Virus record (IMG/VR): IMGVR_UViG_3300046000_004279
Location: 32,001 to 96,000 of that record
DNA: 64,000 nucleotides
Source of the DNA: a virus
Strand: one strand, 5' to 3'
Below the pieces are notes generated by a model. It saw only the letters and a list, made by a program, of their open reading frames with translations. It did no database searches and was not told the origin of the DNA. The position numbers and the translations under genes were made by a program. Every line of letters starts with the position of its first letter. Within the stretch, counting starts at the first letter, position 1. Positions 43,753 to 54,680 of this stretch are shown here, piece after piece.

Positions 43753-44235
43753 TTACTTTTTAGGATAAGGTTTCATCGGTTTTAACGGTTTTAAAGGTTT
43801 GGGCATAATTCCCATTTGTTGTAAAGTGTGTTCTGTCCAAATTTGAAAATGCCATCCATGGTCTTTGGCGTATTCAGAAGCGGCTTTCCATTTGCATTGG
43901 TTCTTAACATAAGTCACAGCTTCGGTAATGTATCTTTTGGTTTTGCGTTGACTAGTTGGAACTTTGGTCTCTTTGTCGGGTTTTATCTCTATCAGAAAAG
44001 TAACACCCTCATTAGTGACATATTTTAGATCAACAAAGTATCTATGGTAACTTTTGTCAACGTCAAAAAAATATGGAATAACAACTTCTTCGCTTGACCA
44101 TTCTTTTATTTGGGGGTTGTTGTCAAGCCATCTAAAACAATGACGTTCCCACATTGAACGGTATATTACGTTTGAATCGTCACCTTTATACTTGTGAGGA
44201 TTGATAACCTTGTATCTTCCCTTATATGTCATCAA
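43753..44235 (-). CDS. gp4: Head completion nuclease
   Basis: YKG.Y...NP.KYKGD..N.IYRS.WE, WSSEE, HRYFVD, EIKP. Confidence 0.93.
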   Translation of the reverse strand: MMTYKGRYKVINPHKYKGDDSNVIYRSMWERHCFRWLDNNPQIKEWSSEEVVIPYFFDVDKSYHRYFVDLKYVTNEGVTFLIEIKPDKETKVPTSQRKTKRYITEAVTYVKNQCKWKAASEYAKDHGWHFQIWTEHTLQQMGIMPKPLKPLKPMKPYPKK

Positions 44236-44242
44236 AAAGCCT

Positions 44243-44250
44243 TATAAATA
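44243..44250 (+). promoter_or_regulatory. T4-type late promoter
   Basis: TATAAATA in the divergent gp4/gp48 gap. Confidence 0.75.
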
Positions 44251-44283
44251 TTTGTGGATGCAACTGTATTTATTAGGCAAACA

Positions 44284-45222
44284 ATGGCTGGTTATTACCA
44301 ATATCCCATAGAACATCAAGATGAGTTCTTAGGAACAATATCGTTTGAGGCGATGGTTGAGCCTCCAATTGAGGTAACTTTGTTTGGTGCTGGTGCTAGC
44401 ACAAACATTCAAACTTTTGCCGACCGCGGCGCCGTTGCCGCAATTGACTACGATGTTCAACAACAATTGTTTGGTATACCAAGAACACCCATAAGCCCCG
44501 GGATAAATGGTGTAACAAGTGATGGTAAGGTCACATTATTTTTACCAAGAGCTTTACAAATCCAAGATGGTGTAAGTTATGACAACAATGTTAACTTAGG
44601 TGCCATTGGTGCCATCGGCGCAGGTCTAGTTGCTAATGGCGCAAGTATTGCTAGTGCATCACAAGCTGCAATTTCTGGAAGTATTCAATCATTTATTGAT
44701 GGTATGACCAATGGTGGTGGAGGAGGAGATCTTGCTCGTTTAGCTGCTGTTCGTGTTGGTGATAACGTTAATTCTGCTAGCCCAGAATTTAATAATGCTG
44801 TAAAATCAATTGCGCAAGTTGTGCCAAATCCAAACACGAGAACCTTGTTTAGAGGCGTTGCAATGCGCGCCTTTATGTTTGATTTTTCGTTAATTGCTAA
44901 CAGTGTTAGAGAAGCGCAAGAGATCAAGAATATTATCAGATTTTTCCGTACTCAACTATATCCAGAAGATATTGGTGGAACAGCTTCAACTCAAGGTGTT
45001 CTAGGTTTAAAGTTTCCAAACAAGTTTGAAATTAAAGTTAAGTATCGTGATAAGGATCTTGGAATTCGTTTTCTACCTTGTTATTTAACATCCTTTTCTG
45101 CGACTTACAATGAACAAGGCGGTGCAATGCATAAGGATGGTGGTTGGAACATTGTTCAAATTCAACTATCATTTAGCGAAACTCGTACACTTGTCAAACA
45201 AGATATTGAACAGGGATATTAA
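44284..45222 (+). CDS. gp48: Baseplate tail tube cap
   Basis: LFLP..LQ..D.V.Y, NPN...LF.GV.MR.F.FDF, FP..F.I, L.FSE. Confidence 0.8.
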   Translation: MAGYYQYPIEHQDEFLGTISFEAMVEPPIEVTLFGAGASTNIQTFADRGAVAAIDYDVQQQLFGIPRTPISPGINGVTSDGKVTLFLPRALQIQDGVSYDNNVNLGAIGAIGAGLVANGASIASASQAAISGSIQSFIDGMTNGGGGGDLARLAAVRVGDNVNSASPEFNNAVKSIAQVVPNPNTRTLFRGVAMRAFMFDFSLIANSVREAQEIKNIIRFFRTQLYPEDIGGTASTQGVLGLKFPNKFEIKVKYRDKDLGIRFLPCYLTSFSATYNEQGGAMHKDGGWNIVQIQLSFSETRTLVKQDIEQGY

Positions 45223-45944
45223 TGTCAAAATACTTTGCTCCTTTTCCGCTATTACAATACAGTTTTGGTACAGGTGAAGATCCTGTTTTATTTCAAAACA
45301 TTTCAACGTATATTGATTTAGTCGATCAAATCAAAGATGATATATCTTATTATCAAACAATGCAAATAGAAGAATATGAACGACCAGATACTCTATCTTA
45401 TAAGTTGTATGGTACAACAGATTACTATTGGACATTCTATCTACTGAACGATGATATTCGTGAAGGTGGATGGCCACTGTCTGGTGCGGACCTACAAGCT
45501 AAGGCGTTGATTGACTACCCAAACAGAGTAATCACAACTACAGGCGATATATCCTCAACATTCCTTCCTAACGAAACCATAATTGGTCTTACTTCAACAT
45601 CAACAGGTAAGATTTTAAAGAGATATCTTGATCTTGGTCAGATAGTGGTTAACTCTCCTAACAACTTTGGCGTTAATGAGTTGATTAGAACATCCACTGA
45701 TGAAATTACAACTGTCAATGTGTACAGAGAAACTGCTCAATATAACAGTGTTCATCACTATGAGGATACGAATGGTAATTGGGTTGATATTAACCCATTC
45801 ACTCAGAACGTATCAGGGTTAATTCCTGTGACATATTTAGATAGAATGATTGAACGTAATGAACAATTGAAAACTATTAAAGTGTTAAACAAAAGAGTTG
45901 CTCCTCAGATATCATCTGGATTTAAGAAAGCGTTATTGAGTTAA
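45222..45944 (+). CDS. gp53: Baseplate wedge subunit
   Basis: YF..FP...Y, ERPDTLSYKLYG...YYW, WPL, HHYE. Confidence 0.85.
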   Translation: MSKYFAPFPLLQYSFGTGEDPVLFQNISTYIDLVDQIKDDISYYQTMQIEEYERPDTLSYKLYGTTDYYWTFYLLNDDIREGGWPLSGADLQAKALIDYPNRVITTTGDISSTFLPNETIIGLTSTSTGKILKRYLDLGQIVVNSPNNFGVNELIRTSTDEITTVNVYRETAQYNSVHHYEDTNGNWVDINPFTQNVSGLIPVTYLDRMIERNEQLKTIKVLNKRVAPQISSGFKKALLS

Positions 45945-45945
45945 T

Positions 45946-47310
45946 ATGCAATCAGCAAAGCATTACGTTATAGAACAAGCTCTAATCACTGCAGATCGCA
46001 CTGCGGGATTTACATTAGACATATCTGCTGCGATTGTAGAACTCAACATATTTGAGAATTTAGAACTTCCATATTTAACTGGAATTGTTCTAATAAATGA
46101 TGAGTTTGATTTATTAAACAGAGTCGGTTTTGTCGGCACAGAGCGTTTAGAAATTAAAATTGCTCAACCAAATAATCCAAATACAATAACCAAAAAGTTT
46201 GTTGTTGAACGAATTGAACGGTCGGAAAAAGTAAACGACCAAAAAGAAATGTTGATGATTCGTATTATTGAAGAGCATGCTTATAACAGCGATCTCATTA
46301 GATTCAGTAAAGCATATACTGGTAAACCTGAAAAAATTATTGAAAAAATTCTATTAGATCAATTACAGTTGAAATTGAATAACAAGTTTGCAGAATCTAG
46401 TCAACCTAACATGAAGGTCGTTGTACCATACATGACTCCGTTACAGTCGTGTGAGTGGGTGAGATCCCGCGTTTCTACCATTAATGGATCTCCTTACTTT
46501 CTATACTCGGCTCTAAATGAAAAAGATTTGGTGTTGAGTGATTTGGATACCATATTGTCAACAGGTACTTGGAATGGTAGTATTGATCGTCCATTCTCAT
46601 ATTCACAAAAAAACGCAAGTTTTGTAGATGAGTCAAATATTGAAAGACAAGCATTCACTATAGAGTCATACACGTATGGTAATACCGAAGATACTCTTGC
46701 ATTGGCTCGACAAGGTATCTTTGGCGCTCAATACTATTTTACTGATTTGTCTTCTGGGATAACTGAACAACAACATTTTGATATAAAAAATGTTGTAGCT
46801 AAGATGGAAAGCACTGGCGTATTATCCGGTGGTAAAACTCTTGCAATTGATCCTGACTATGTAGTTAATGGCAAACAGATTAATTTAATTAATTCGGCTC
46901 ACGTTCATCAAATTGTTAGCAATGGATCTTACCCAGACTATTTTAATTACTATGAAGAAGGTGCCGGCGCAATTGCTAAGTATATGTTAAATGCTTCTAA
47001 CGTTGCGCTGAGATATTTGTTGTTTAAAAATGCACTACAATTCAAAGTCCCAGGTTTTAACTTCTTAACTGGAACAAATAGATCTATTGGTAAGATGGTG
47101 GAGATTAATATTTTCAACAGTGACATGACATTGCAAAATCAAGCAAGTGTTGCAATAGAAGACTTAAAAGATAAGAAGAAATCTGGCGACTATCTAATAT
47201 ATGCTGTACGGCATGTGTTTTCACTTGGTAAACACGACATTATGGTTGATGCAGTAAAGTTAACATCTGATCGCGGCGCCGATGGCGGCAGATATCAGAG
47301 AGGTGTATAA
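45946..47310 (+). CDS. Baseplate hub protein (gp27-like)
   Basis: IFENLELPYLTG, KKSGDYLIYAVRH.F; lies between gp53 and gp5. Confidence 0.65.
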   Translation: MQSAKHYVIEQALITADRTAGFTLDISAAIVELNIFENLELPYLTGIVLINDEFDLLNRVGFVGTERLEIKIAQPNNPNTITKKFVVERIERSEKVNDQKEMLMIRIIEEHAYNSDLIRFSKAYTGKPEKIIEKILLDQLQLKLNNKFAESSQPNMKVVVPYMTPLQSCEWVRSRVSTINGSPYFLYSALNEKDLVLSDLDTILSTGTWNGSIDRPFSYSQKNASFVDESNIERQAFTIESYTYGNTEDTLALARQGIFGAQYYFTDLSSGITEQQHFDIKNVVAKMESTGVLSGGKTLAIDPDYVVNGKQINLINSAHVHQIVSNGSYPDYFNYYEEGAGAIAKYMLNASNVALRYLLFKNALQFKVPGFNFLTGTNRSIGKMVEINIFNSDMTLQNQASVAIEDLKDKKKSGDYLIYAVRHVFSLGKHDIMVDAVKLTSDRGADGGRYQRGV

Positions 47311-48272
47311 TGTTTGGTATGTTTAATTCACAATACTACGGTGATGTTACACGGTGGTTCATTGGTATCGTTGAACAAGTTGGTGGTGATGTTCCACAGC
47401 TTGGTCGTGTAAGGGTTCGTATTCACGGTATTCACGGGCCTAGAGACGAACTACCATTAGCAGATCTTCCGTATGCAAGCGTGATGCTTCCAGCAACCGA
47501 AGGTGGAGTGTCGGGGATTGGAAGATCAACTGGGCTTGTTCAAGGTGCAACAGTGTTTGGAATCTTCATGGACGGAACCAACTCACAGTTACCTTTGGTA
47601 CTTGGATCAATTCCAAAAATGGAAACACCATCTGCTGCTCAGTTAGCGGGAATGCGAACTGGAATACCGTATCAATCATCTGGTGTACCATATGGTAATA
47701 CCAACCCAACAATGAATGATTCACTAGTCGGTATTCCGCCTGGTGTTACATACAATCCAAACTCTGATCAAAAGCAGAATATCCAAACAGCTTGGGATTA
47801 TTTTATGTCCACTGGCAACTATAGCAAAGATCAAGTCGCTGCGATGATTGGTAACTTCTTGCACGAAAGTGGTATGAACCCAGGAATTAGATCTGGCATT
47901 GCGGTTGCATCTGGCGGCACAGAAAACTCGATTGGTATTGCTCAATGGTACTACTATGGTGCAACAGGTGGCCGCCAAACTGACCTGAGAAACTTTGCTG
48001 CACAAAAAGGTAAAAATTGGGATGACTTATACGTTCAGTTGGCATTTGTCGACCACGAACTTGCGACTTTTTCGGACTTGGGTGGAGCTAAGTTTAAGAG
48101 AACAACAAATGTTGTAGATGCTACACTTGCGTTTATGCGTGACTATGAAAACCCTGCTAAAACTGGTGAATACGGACCAGATGGGGAAGAGATGAGATTA
48201 GGTCAAAATGAACGTATTTCAAATGCACAAGGTATTTATCAAAACTTTGCTAGCAGCGGCATGGGGGTATGA
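47310..48272 (+). CDS. gp5: gp5 N-terminal OB-fold fused to a phage tail lysozyme
   Basis: WFIGIVE...LGRVRVRIHG.H, VFGIFMDG..SQ.P.VLGS; AAMIGNF.HESG, GIAQW, F.RDYENP. Confidence 0.82.
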   Translation: MFGMFNSQYYGDVTRWFIGIVEQVGGDVPQLGRVRVRIHGIHGPRDELPLADLPYASVMLPATEGGVSGIGRSTGLVQGATVFGIFMDGTNSQLPLVLGSIPKMETPSAAQLAGMRTGIPYQSSGVPYGNTNPTMNDSLVGIPPGVTYNPNSDQKQNIQTAWDYFMSTGNYSKDQVAAMIGNFLHESGMNPGIRSGIAVASGGTENSIGIAQWYYYGATGGRQTDLRNFAAQKGKNWDDLYVQLAFVDHELATFSDLGGAKFKRTTNVVDATLAFMRDYENPAKTGEYGPDGEEMRLGQNERISNAQGIYQNFASSGMGV

Positions 48273-48275
48273 TAA

Positions 48276-50300
48276 ATGGCAGTTAATGTAAGTGAACTTA
48301 ATTCCCAATTAAAAAACGTAAACAATCAAATTAGTTTTGATGAGATAAATTCAGCAGCTACTACATTAACTGATCAATTTAAAGCTGCGTCACACACTCA
48401 ACTTGGTTTTGGCGTTGGTGAAATCAAAGGTGGCATCGAGTCTTTAGTTCAAACTGTTGATTATCCCTTAGGCGCAACATCATCGCCACTTCCAGCTGTA
48501 TCGCGTGTGACAGCCAACGTTGCGGATGTGAAGAGTGATCTTGTCCAAACGATTAGTGGAACAGATGCATCAAAGTTGGGGTCTATTGTAGAATCTACCG
48601 CCGCCTCTGGCATACTTGATGAAATTATTACTGCGGGCACTGCAGAGGCAATTGCCACAGCTTTCAAACAAGTGTTAGGTAAGACATCATCAGAACTTGA
48701 AAATACTTTATCATCAATTGCGCCTTCTGACCTGTCTGTGAAAATCAGCACATCAGTTGATGATGTATTAAGTGGTGCTTTTAAGAATCCATTTGCCTCA
48801 GGGGTTGGTAATATTGCCACTGCTCTTACGGCCGCTGTTGGTGGTTTAAATAGTACTAACTTAATAAAAAACGTTGTTGAGAATTTTACAGGTCAGATTA
48901 AAAATACAGTATTATCATCAATTAATATTCCTGACAGTGTTATATCTCAATTAGCAGTTGTTGCAATTATGGATGGTAATGTTGGTCTTGCTGTTGATAA
49001 GTCAATTCCGTTTTTAACAATTCCAAAAGATTTGACAGATCTGTCTCTAAGAGTTGGTATTAATATTGATAAGTCTAGTGTGAATAATTTAGTTAAATCG
49101 CTAGATCTTCTTGAACAGGCTGGTGGTAGTTCTTCATCGATCCAAATTGTTATTAACAATATCAGTAGCATTCAATCATCTTTCCAAGGAGCTGCTGGCG
49201 GAATTAGCAACACGATTCAATCAGGTAATCCAGCTTTAGGTGGACCGTCACCAGATCGTATGACCACAATCGGTGGTACTTCTAGCGGTGGGTCAGGTGC
49301 ATATGATACTGACTTCTCGTATATTGAATCATTAGAAGAAATGACTGCAGATCTTCGTGCAGTTACTCGCCCCGTTTCAACAACCGTTGTGCATTGGACG
49401 TCCCATTACATTGATGACAACCATATTGATGCACAAGCTATTAAACAAATTCATATATCTAAAGGGTTAACAACAATAGGATATCACTACATTATTAAAC
49501 GCGATGGATCAATTCAAAGAGGCCGTAATCCAAATCAAGTGGGTGCTCATGCTAAAAGCAGTCATAACCCATACAGTATTGGTATTGGATTTGTAGGTGG
49601 TTATAATTGCCCTAATGGTACAAGTAATCCAGAAAGATGTGCCAGTGCAGATTCTATTAACTCGGCGCAATGGGCAGCTTTTGATATGTACTTAAAAGCA
49701 TTCTATACAGTTTATTCGGGCGGGGAAGTTTGGGGACATCAAGATACAGATCCATGGAACAAGATTGACCCCATGACTAACATGACGTCATATGTTAAGA
49801 ATAAGTTTGGCAAGACCAATGTCAGCCCACAACCATCAAGAACATATTCTCTTGAAGAATTGTCCGAAAAACTTTTTGGTCCAGTTCGTACTGATCCTCT
49901 TGATGAAGGCAACTATACTGGAGAGAATGGTCGCTTAGATCCAAACACTTTAACTGTAGTTGCCCCAGGTCACAGATTACGCGCGGATGCGGCTAGCGCG
50001 TATCTACAAATGGTTTCTAGCGCACGGGCCTCTGGAATTCAATGGTCAATTACAGATTCTTATCGTACATATGAGGTCCAAGTAAGACTTGCACAAGAAA
50101 AGGGTCTCTATGGCGAAGGTGGGTTAGCCGCTAGACCTGGAACTTCTAGGCATGGTTGGGGGCTTGCTGTTGACTTGGGCCCACGCGGCGGCGCCGACAC
50201 CAGTGGAACTCCTGAAAACAATTGGCTTGTTGCCAATGCTAACTCATTTGGATTCCAAACAATTCCTGGTGAACCATGGCACTGGCAATATGTTGTATGA
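48276..50300 (+). CDS. Virion peptidoglycan hydrolase: amidase_2 plus M15 (VanY-like) peptidase
   Basis: VVHWT, IGYHYII.RDG..Q.GR, GAHA, SIGIGFVGG, GHQD; DSYRTY..Q, PGTSRHGWGLAVD, EPWHW. Confidence 0.82.
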   Translation: MAVNVSELNSQLKNVNNQISFDEINSAATTLTDQFKAASHTQLGFGVGEIKGGIESLVQTVDYPLGATSSPLPAVSRVTANVADVKSDLVQTISGTDASKLGSIVESTAASGILDEIITAGTAEAIATAFKQVLGKTSSELENTLSSIAPSDLSVKISTSVDDVLSGAFKNPFASGVGNIATALTAAVGGLNSTNLIKNVVENFTGQIKNTVLSSINIPDSVISQLAVVAIMDGNVGLAVDKSIPFLTIPKDLTDLSLRVGINIDKSSVNNLVKSLDLLEQAGGSSSSIQIVINNISSIQSSFQGAAGGISNTIQSGNPALGGPSPDRMTTIGGTSSGGSGAYDTDFSYIESLEEMTADLRAVTRPVSTTVVHWTSHYIDDNHIDAQAIKQIHISKGLTTIGYHYIIKRDGSIQRGRNPNQVGAHAKSSHNPYSIGIGFVGGYNCPNGTSNPERCASADSINSAQWAAFDMYLKAFYTVYSGGEVWGHQDTDPWNKIDPMTNMTSYVKNKFGKTNVSPQPSRTYSLEELSEKLFGPVRTDPLDEGNYTGENGRLDPNTLTVVAPGHRLRADAASAYLQMVSSARASGIQWSITDSYRTYEVQVRLAQEKGLYGEGGLAARPGTSRHGWGLAVDLGPRGGADTSGTPENNWLVANANSFGFQTIPGEPWHWQYVV

Positions 50301-50322
50301 TTTTTTATAAGGGTAACGTATT

Positions 50323-52380
50323 ATGTCAGACGAAAACGGCGATGATTTTGACGGTATTGTAGATCAACGAGTCGCGGGTATTATTAACACTCCAAGTGGT
50401 GCAGGGTTCTCTGATCCTTCAGGCGTGTATCCACGACCAGAATACCACTACAGAAGTTCAGTTAATAAAGTAGCAACGGGTCACGGTGTTACTGGATTGA
50501 GTATTGGTGGTGGTGATCCACGTGTCGATGGATGGGGATCGTTAAGTGATCCGACAACAGATCAAGCTGGAAAATATACTCATGTTGATATTAATGAGAC
50601 CAAGTCGGGGCATCAAATTGTTTATGATGACACTCCTGGCAATGAACGCATTTTGATTAAGCATCGACTCGGTGGTGGTATCGAACTCCGCGCCGATGGT
50701 ACAATGATTATGAAGACTGAGTCCAACATAATTACATCAGTCATTGGAAACAGTGCTGTAATTATTGAGGGTGACATTCAAATGGCAGCTAAGAACTTCA
50801 CATTAGACATTGCTGCTGATATGAACCTAAAGGTTGGTGGAGACTTCAATGTTACAGTCGGTGGTAGTTTAACTGAAAACATTAATGGTTCACGTAGAGA
50901 GACAATCCAAGGGCAAGCTGGAACAACCGTTAAGGGTAGCAAGTCAACCACAGTACTTGGAACCGTTACTAATACGACCCTTGGTTCAGTGAACAACATT
51001 GTAAAAGGTAACTCTAATAACTCTACAGAAGGTTCAGCATCTCACTCTTCAAAGGGTGCAATGAAAGTTTCATCTGAGGTTGAGACTAACATGTCCTCAC
51101 CAAGTGTCAATATCGCTGGTAACAGTCTATCTGTATTCGGTGCAACAGGGACAATTGGCGGTGAAGGTGTAATCGCTTATGTCAAAAACATTTATGGTGA
51201 GTCAGGAACATTTACTGAAGGTTTCAAGGCTCCTACCTTTGAGGGCAAACTCAAAGGTAAGGCTGATACCGCTTTCCTAGCTGATGGTGCAACATCCGCA
51301 GGCCAAGCTCCTAATGGTGTCTATACCGCACCTGGTTCGCAAGTACACACCGCAGTTGATACTGCTGCAACAGAAAAACCAACAGCTTCTTTACTAAGCA
51401 CATACTTAAACAAATCATCACGCGGTGTATCACGGATCAGTATTGATGCGGGTGATCACTTGAAAAATATGATTGACAAGTCTGTTAAGACGGGTGGTGT
51501 TACTGACCGACCACTTACAGAAGGTGAAACTCGCATTCGCATGTTAGACGAAGACAACGCAGCAAATGCAGACTTTGTCGCTCACTCTGTTGCGTCTGGA
51601 ACACTTGCTCCAACATATTCCAATAGTGTTCCGCCAGCAGTTGGTAGAACAAGATCCACTCAACCTCATGTTCGTTCTGGAACATCATTTAATCCTGGTA
51701 GTACTGCCCAATCAGCCATTAAATCATTTTTACCCGCTGAGAAGCCGCCTGCGAAAGTATTCTCCGCCGATCCAGCATATGACCCAATGAATATTATTCC
51801 GCGAGCGGGTGCAACAGATATCAACTCCTCAACAATGTTGGCAAAAGGCGTTCCTCTAGGAACGTTCCTTGGTGGAACAGCAGACGCAGTAACTTTAAAC
51901 CATATTGCAACTCTTGAAGAGCGTCAAGCAATTGTTCGAAACCTATTACCTCAAGCTGAAATAATTAAATACGTTCAAAATAACAAAGGCGAATTTAAAG
52001 ACTATAGATTGGTTGTTGTTAGTGGGTTATATAAGCTAAGCCCAACTGAAACTGTAACAGCCAACTCAGATAAAGATCTTGCAACCAAAGGCAGACGTGT
52101 AATCTATGAACTGTATGGTCCAAATGGTAAGCCTGCACCTGATAAAATATATGAATTAGCCGACTATTTGACTGATGTGATCTATTTTGATAAAATGATG
52201 TTGTCGTATGATAATTTTAATCCAGCTGGAGCAATGGTCGCTCTATTGAGTGTTACAATGCCTGAACTGTCTAGAACGTATTCAATTGTAGGCGGTGGTA
52301 ATTTTAAGAATTTACTTGAAACAAGATACAATGGTAAGGTACAAAGTGCTAACGATCTAATTGAAGTCTTACCACAATAG
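50323..52380 (+). CDS. gp5 C-terminal beta-helix spike-like protein
   Basis: GFSDPSG.YP, ETKSGH...DDTPGNERI..H, V.G repeats. Confidence 0.78.
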   Translation: MSDENGDDFDGIVDQRVAGIINTPSGAGFSDPSGVYPRPEYHYRSSVNKVATGHGVTGLSIGGGDPRVDGWGSLSDPTTDQAGKYTHVDINETKSGHQIVYDDTPGNERILIKHRLGGGIELRADGTMIMKTESNIITSVIGNSAVIIEGDIQMAAKNFTLDIAADMNLKVGGDFNVTVGGSLTENINGSRRETIQGQAGTTVKGSKSTTVLGTVTNTTLGSVNNIVKGNSNNSTEGSASHSSKGAMKVSSEVETNMSSPSVNIAGNSLSVFGATGTIGGEGVIAYVKNIYGESGTFTEGFKAPTFEGKLKGKADTAFLADGATSAGQAPNGVYTAPGSQVHTAVDTAATEKPTASLLSTYLNKSSRGVSRISIDAGDHLKNMIDKSVKTGGVTDRPLTEGETRIRMLDEDNAANADFVAHSVASGTLAPTYSNSVPPAVGRTRSTQPHVRSGTSFNPGSTAQSAIKSFLPAEKPPAKVFSADPAYDPMNIIPRAGATDINSSTMLAKGVPLGTFLGGTADAVTLNHIATLEERQAIVRNLLPQAEIIKYVQNNKGEFKDYRLVVVSGLYKLSPTETVTANSDKDLATKGRRVIYELYGPNGKPAPDKIYELADYLTDVIYFDKMMLSYDNFNPAGAMVALLSVTMPELSRTYSIVGGGNFKNLLETRYNGKVQSANDLIEVLPQ

Positions 52381-52381
52381 G

Positions 52382-52389
52382 TATAAATA
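52382..52389 (+). promoter_or_regulatory. T4-type late promoter
   Basis: TATAAATA. Confidence 0.75.
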
Positions 52390-52410
52390 AAAGTAAACAA
52401 AAGGGTTGAT

Positions 52411-52851
52411 ATGAGTAGGGCGTTTGCAGTAGAGGATAAAAACCTCAATCAAGCAAGTATTATTGTTTCGCGATCAAGATTGTATCGCGATATCGATCTT
52501 TCTTTTACTGTAAAACCAAGCGGTGAGATTTACAAAAAGATTGATGCGGGTGCAGTAAAACAAGCTATTAAAAATCTACTATTGACCAATCATTTTGAAA
52601 AACCATTTTTACCTTTGTATGGTGGCAATTTAAGAGATCTATTATTTGAATTAGCTCACTCATCAATTGGTGAAGAGATAACATCTAACATTACTCGCGC
52701 GATTGAATCCTACGAACCAAGAGTTAAAATTGTTGATATCAGAGTAGATAACCGAGCTGATTATAACTCAATTGGTGTTACTGTTGAATTTCGTATTGTT
52801 AATACTGAAGAAACTGTAATCTTCACCACTACACTAGTAAGGCTAAGATAA
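52411..52851 (+). CDS. gp25: Baseplate wedge subunit
   Basis: Y.DIDLSF, AVKQAIKNLLLTN..EKPF.P..G, YEPRV. Confidence 0.93.
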   Translation: MSRAFAVEDKNLNQASIIVSRSRLYRDIDLSFTVKPSGEIYKKIDAGAVKQAIKNLLLTNHFEKPFLPLYGGNLRDLLFELAHSSIGEEITSNITRAIESYEPRVKIVDIRVDNRADYNSIGVTVEFRIVNTEETVIFTTTLVRLR

Positions 52852-52852
52852 T

Positions 52853-54679
52853 ATGGCAACGACAATTCTTTCAACGGCACTTGATTTTAACAACATCAAG
52901 AACAACCTAAAGATATATTTGCAACAGCAACCTGAGTTTACTGACCATGATTTTGAAGCATCTGGTCTATCAAACATTCTTGATGTGTTAGCTTACAATA
53001 CACACATCAACGGTTTAATTGCAAACTTTGCTACAAACGAATCATTCTTAGGAACAGCGCAACTCAGAAGCTCAGTTGTTTCACTTGCTGGTGGTATTGG
53101 ATACATTCCAGATTCAAAAATGTCTGCACGAGCAACTGTAAATTTATCTGTTAACTTAGCAGGCGTTGCTGGCAGACCGTCATTGTTATCACTCCCATCA
53201 GGTACAACACTGACATCGACTGTTGATGATATTGCATACACATTCCAAACCATTGAGTCGTATACTGCAGAAGATGATGGTACTGGCGTTTATCGTTTTA
53301 GAGATAATAACGGTACTCTTAATGTTATTGTGTACGAAGGCGCTTTAAAAACAAAGACATTCTACGTTGGACCATTCTCTGAGAATGATGTTTATATTAT
53401 ACCCGATATTAATATTGATGCAAACACTGCAACCGTGAATGTTTATGATACAGCTACAAGCAATACATTTGCAACATACAATAATATCTTAAGTGCGACA
53501 TCTATATCAGCGAATTCAACCTATTATATTCTTAAAGAAGCTCCTAATGGTTTTTATGAGTTATCATTTGGTGATGGTGTCAACCTTGGAAAAGCTCCTG
53601 TTGCTGGTAATAAAATCGTTGTTTCATATCTATCGACAAACGGTAGTGACGCGAACGGAGCTACAATTTTTACACCAACCGCAAACTTCACAGTAAATAC
53701 TGTTGGATATCCATTAACTGTTGCTACAATTGCAAAATCTGTTGGTGGAGATATTTCAGAGTCAATAGAATCAATCCGTAAAAACGCTCCATTCCAATAT
53801 GCAACGCAAAACCGTATGGTTACAGCAGCTGATTATACTTCATTAATTTTACGTAACTATTCGCAGTTTATTCAAGATATTAAATCGTGGGGCGGCGAAG
53901 AAAACTTAGAACCAAAGTTTGGTACAATTTTCACATCCATCTTGTTTGAGGATGATGTGAACGCTACTCTTCAAGCTTCAATCAAAACTCAAGTTGAAAG
54001 TCTTGTTGATCAACTTGGAATTGTTTCATTTAATATTGAATACGCTGATCCAGTTGAAACTTATATTGAGACTAGTGTATATTTCCAAGTTAACCCAAAA
54101 CTAACTACACTATCGTTGAATACTCTTGAGAACCAAGTGAACAGCACTATCGCAACATATTTCTCTAATACAATCGGATTATTTGACCAATCATTTAGAC
54201 GATCAAACTTGCTAACACTTGTTGATGATATCAGCCCTGCTATTTTATCCAGTAGAGCTGATATTAAAATGCAACAACGCTTTATACCTTCTTTAAATAC
54301 CTATGCAAATTATAATTTAAGATTTCCAACATCAATTGCAATTCCCGATAGAGACACACCAGTTATAACCAGTTCACTATTTACATTTAATAGTACCCTT
54401 GCTAAAATTCAAAACAAACTTGGGTCGACCACTTTGCAAGTAATATCAGCTGGAACAGGGACAGTACTTGTAGATAGCGTTGGATCATATAATGCAACAT
54501 CGGGTACTGTTAATATTGTAGCACTAAACCCATCAAATGTTGTCGGTGGAGTTAACTATATTAAATTATCAGCAATTCCAACAAACAATAGTGTTGTTTC
54601 TCCTCAGCGCAATGACGTGCTAAAGTTTGATCAAGAAGCCTCGTTTGCTTCACCAGAGATTGTATCGGCTACGAACTAA
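52853..54679 (+). CDS. gp6: Baseplate wedge subunit
   Basis: LDF..IK.NL, DFE.S.LS.ILDVLAYNTH, FGDGV..GK, QNRMVTA.DY. Confidence 0.93.
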   Translation: MATTILSTALDFNNIKNNLKIYLQQQPEFTDHDFEASGLSNILDVLAYNTHINGLIANFATNESFLGTAQLRSSVVSLAGGIGYIPDSKMSARATVNLSVNLAGVAGRPSLLSLPSGTTLTSTVDDIAYTFQTIESYTAEDDGTGVYRFRDNNGTLNVIVYEGALKTKTFYVGPFSENDVYIIPDINIDANTATVNVYDTATSNTFATYNNILSATSISANSTYYILKEAPNGFYELSFGDGVNLGKAPVAGNKIVVSYLSTNGSDANGATIFTPTANFTVNTVGYPLTVATIAKSVGGDISESIESIRKNAPFQYATQNRMVTAADYTSLILRNYSQFIQDIKSWGGEENLEPKFGTIFTSILFEDDVNATLQASIKTQVESLVDQLGIVSFNIEYADPVETYIETSVYFQVNPKLTTLSLNTLENQVNSTIATYFSNTIGLFDQSFRRSNLLTLVDDISPAILSSRADIKMQQRFIPSLNTYANYNLRFPTSIAIPDRDTPVITSSLFTFNSTLAKIQNKLGSTTLQVISAGTGTVLVDSVGSYNATSGTVNIVALNPSNVVGGVNYIKLSAIPTNNSVVSPQRNDVLKFDQEASFASPEIVSATN

Positions 54680-54680
54680 T

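Noticed and set aside
48270-48278. Stop readthrough joining gp5-N and the amidase ORF (same frame)
   Set aside because: They are separated by tandem TGA TAA, so fusion is unlikely
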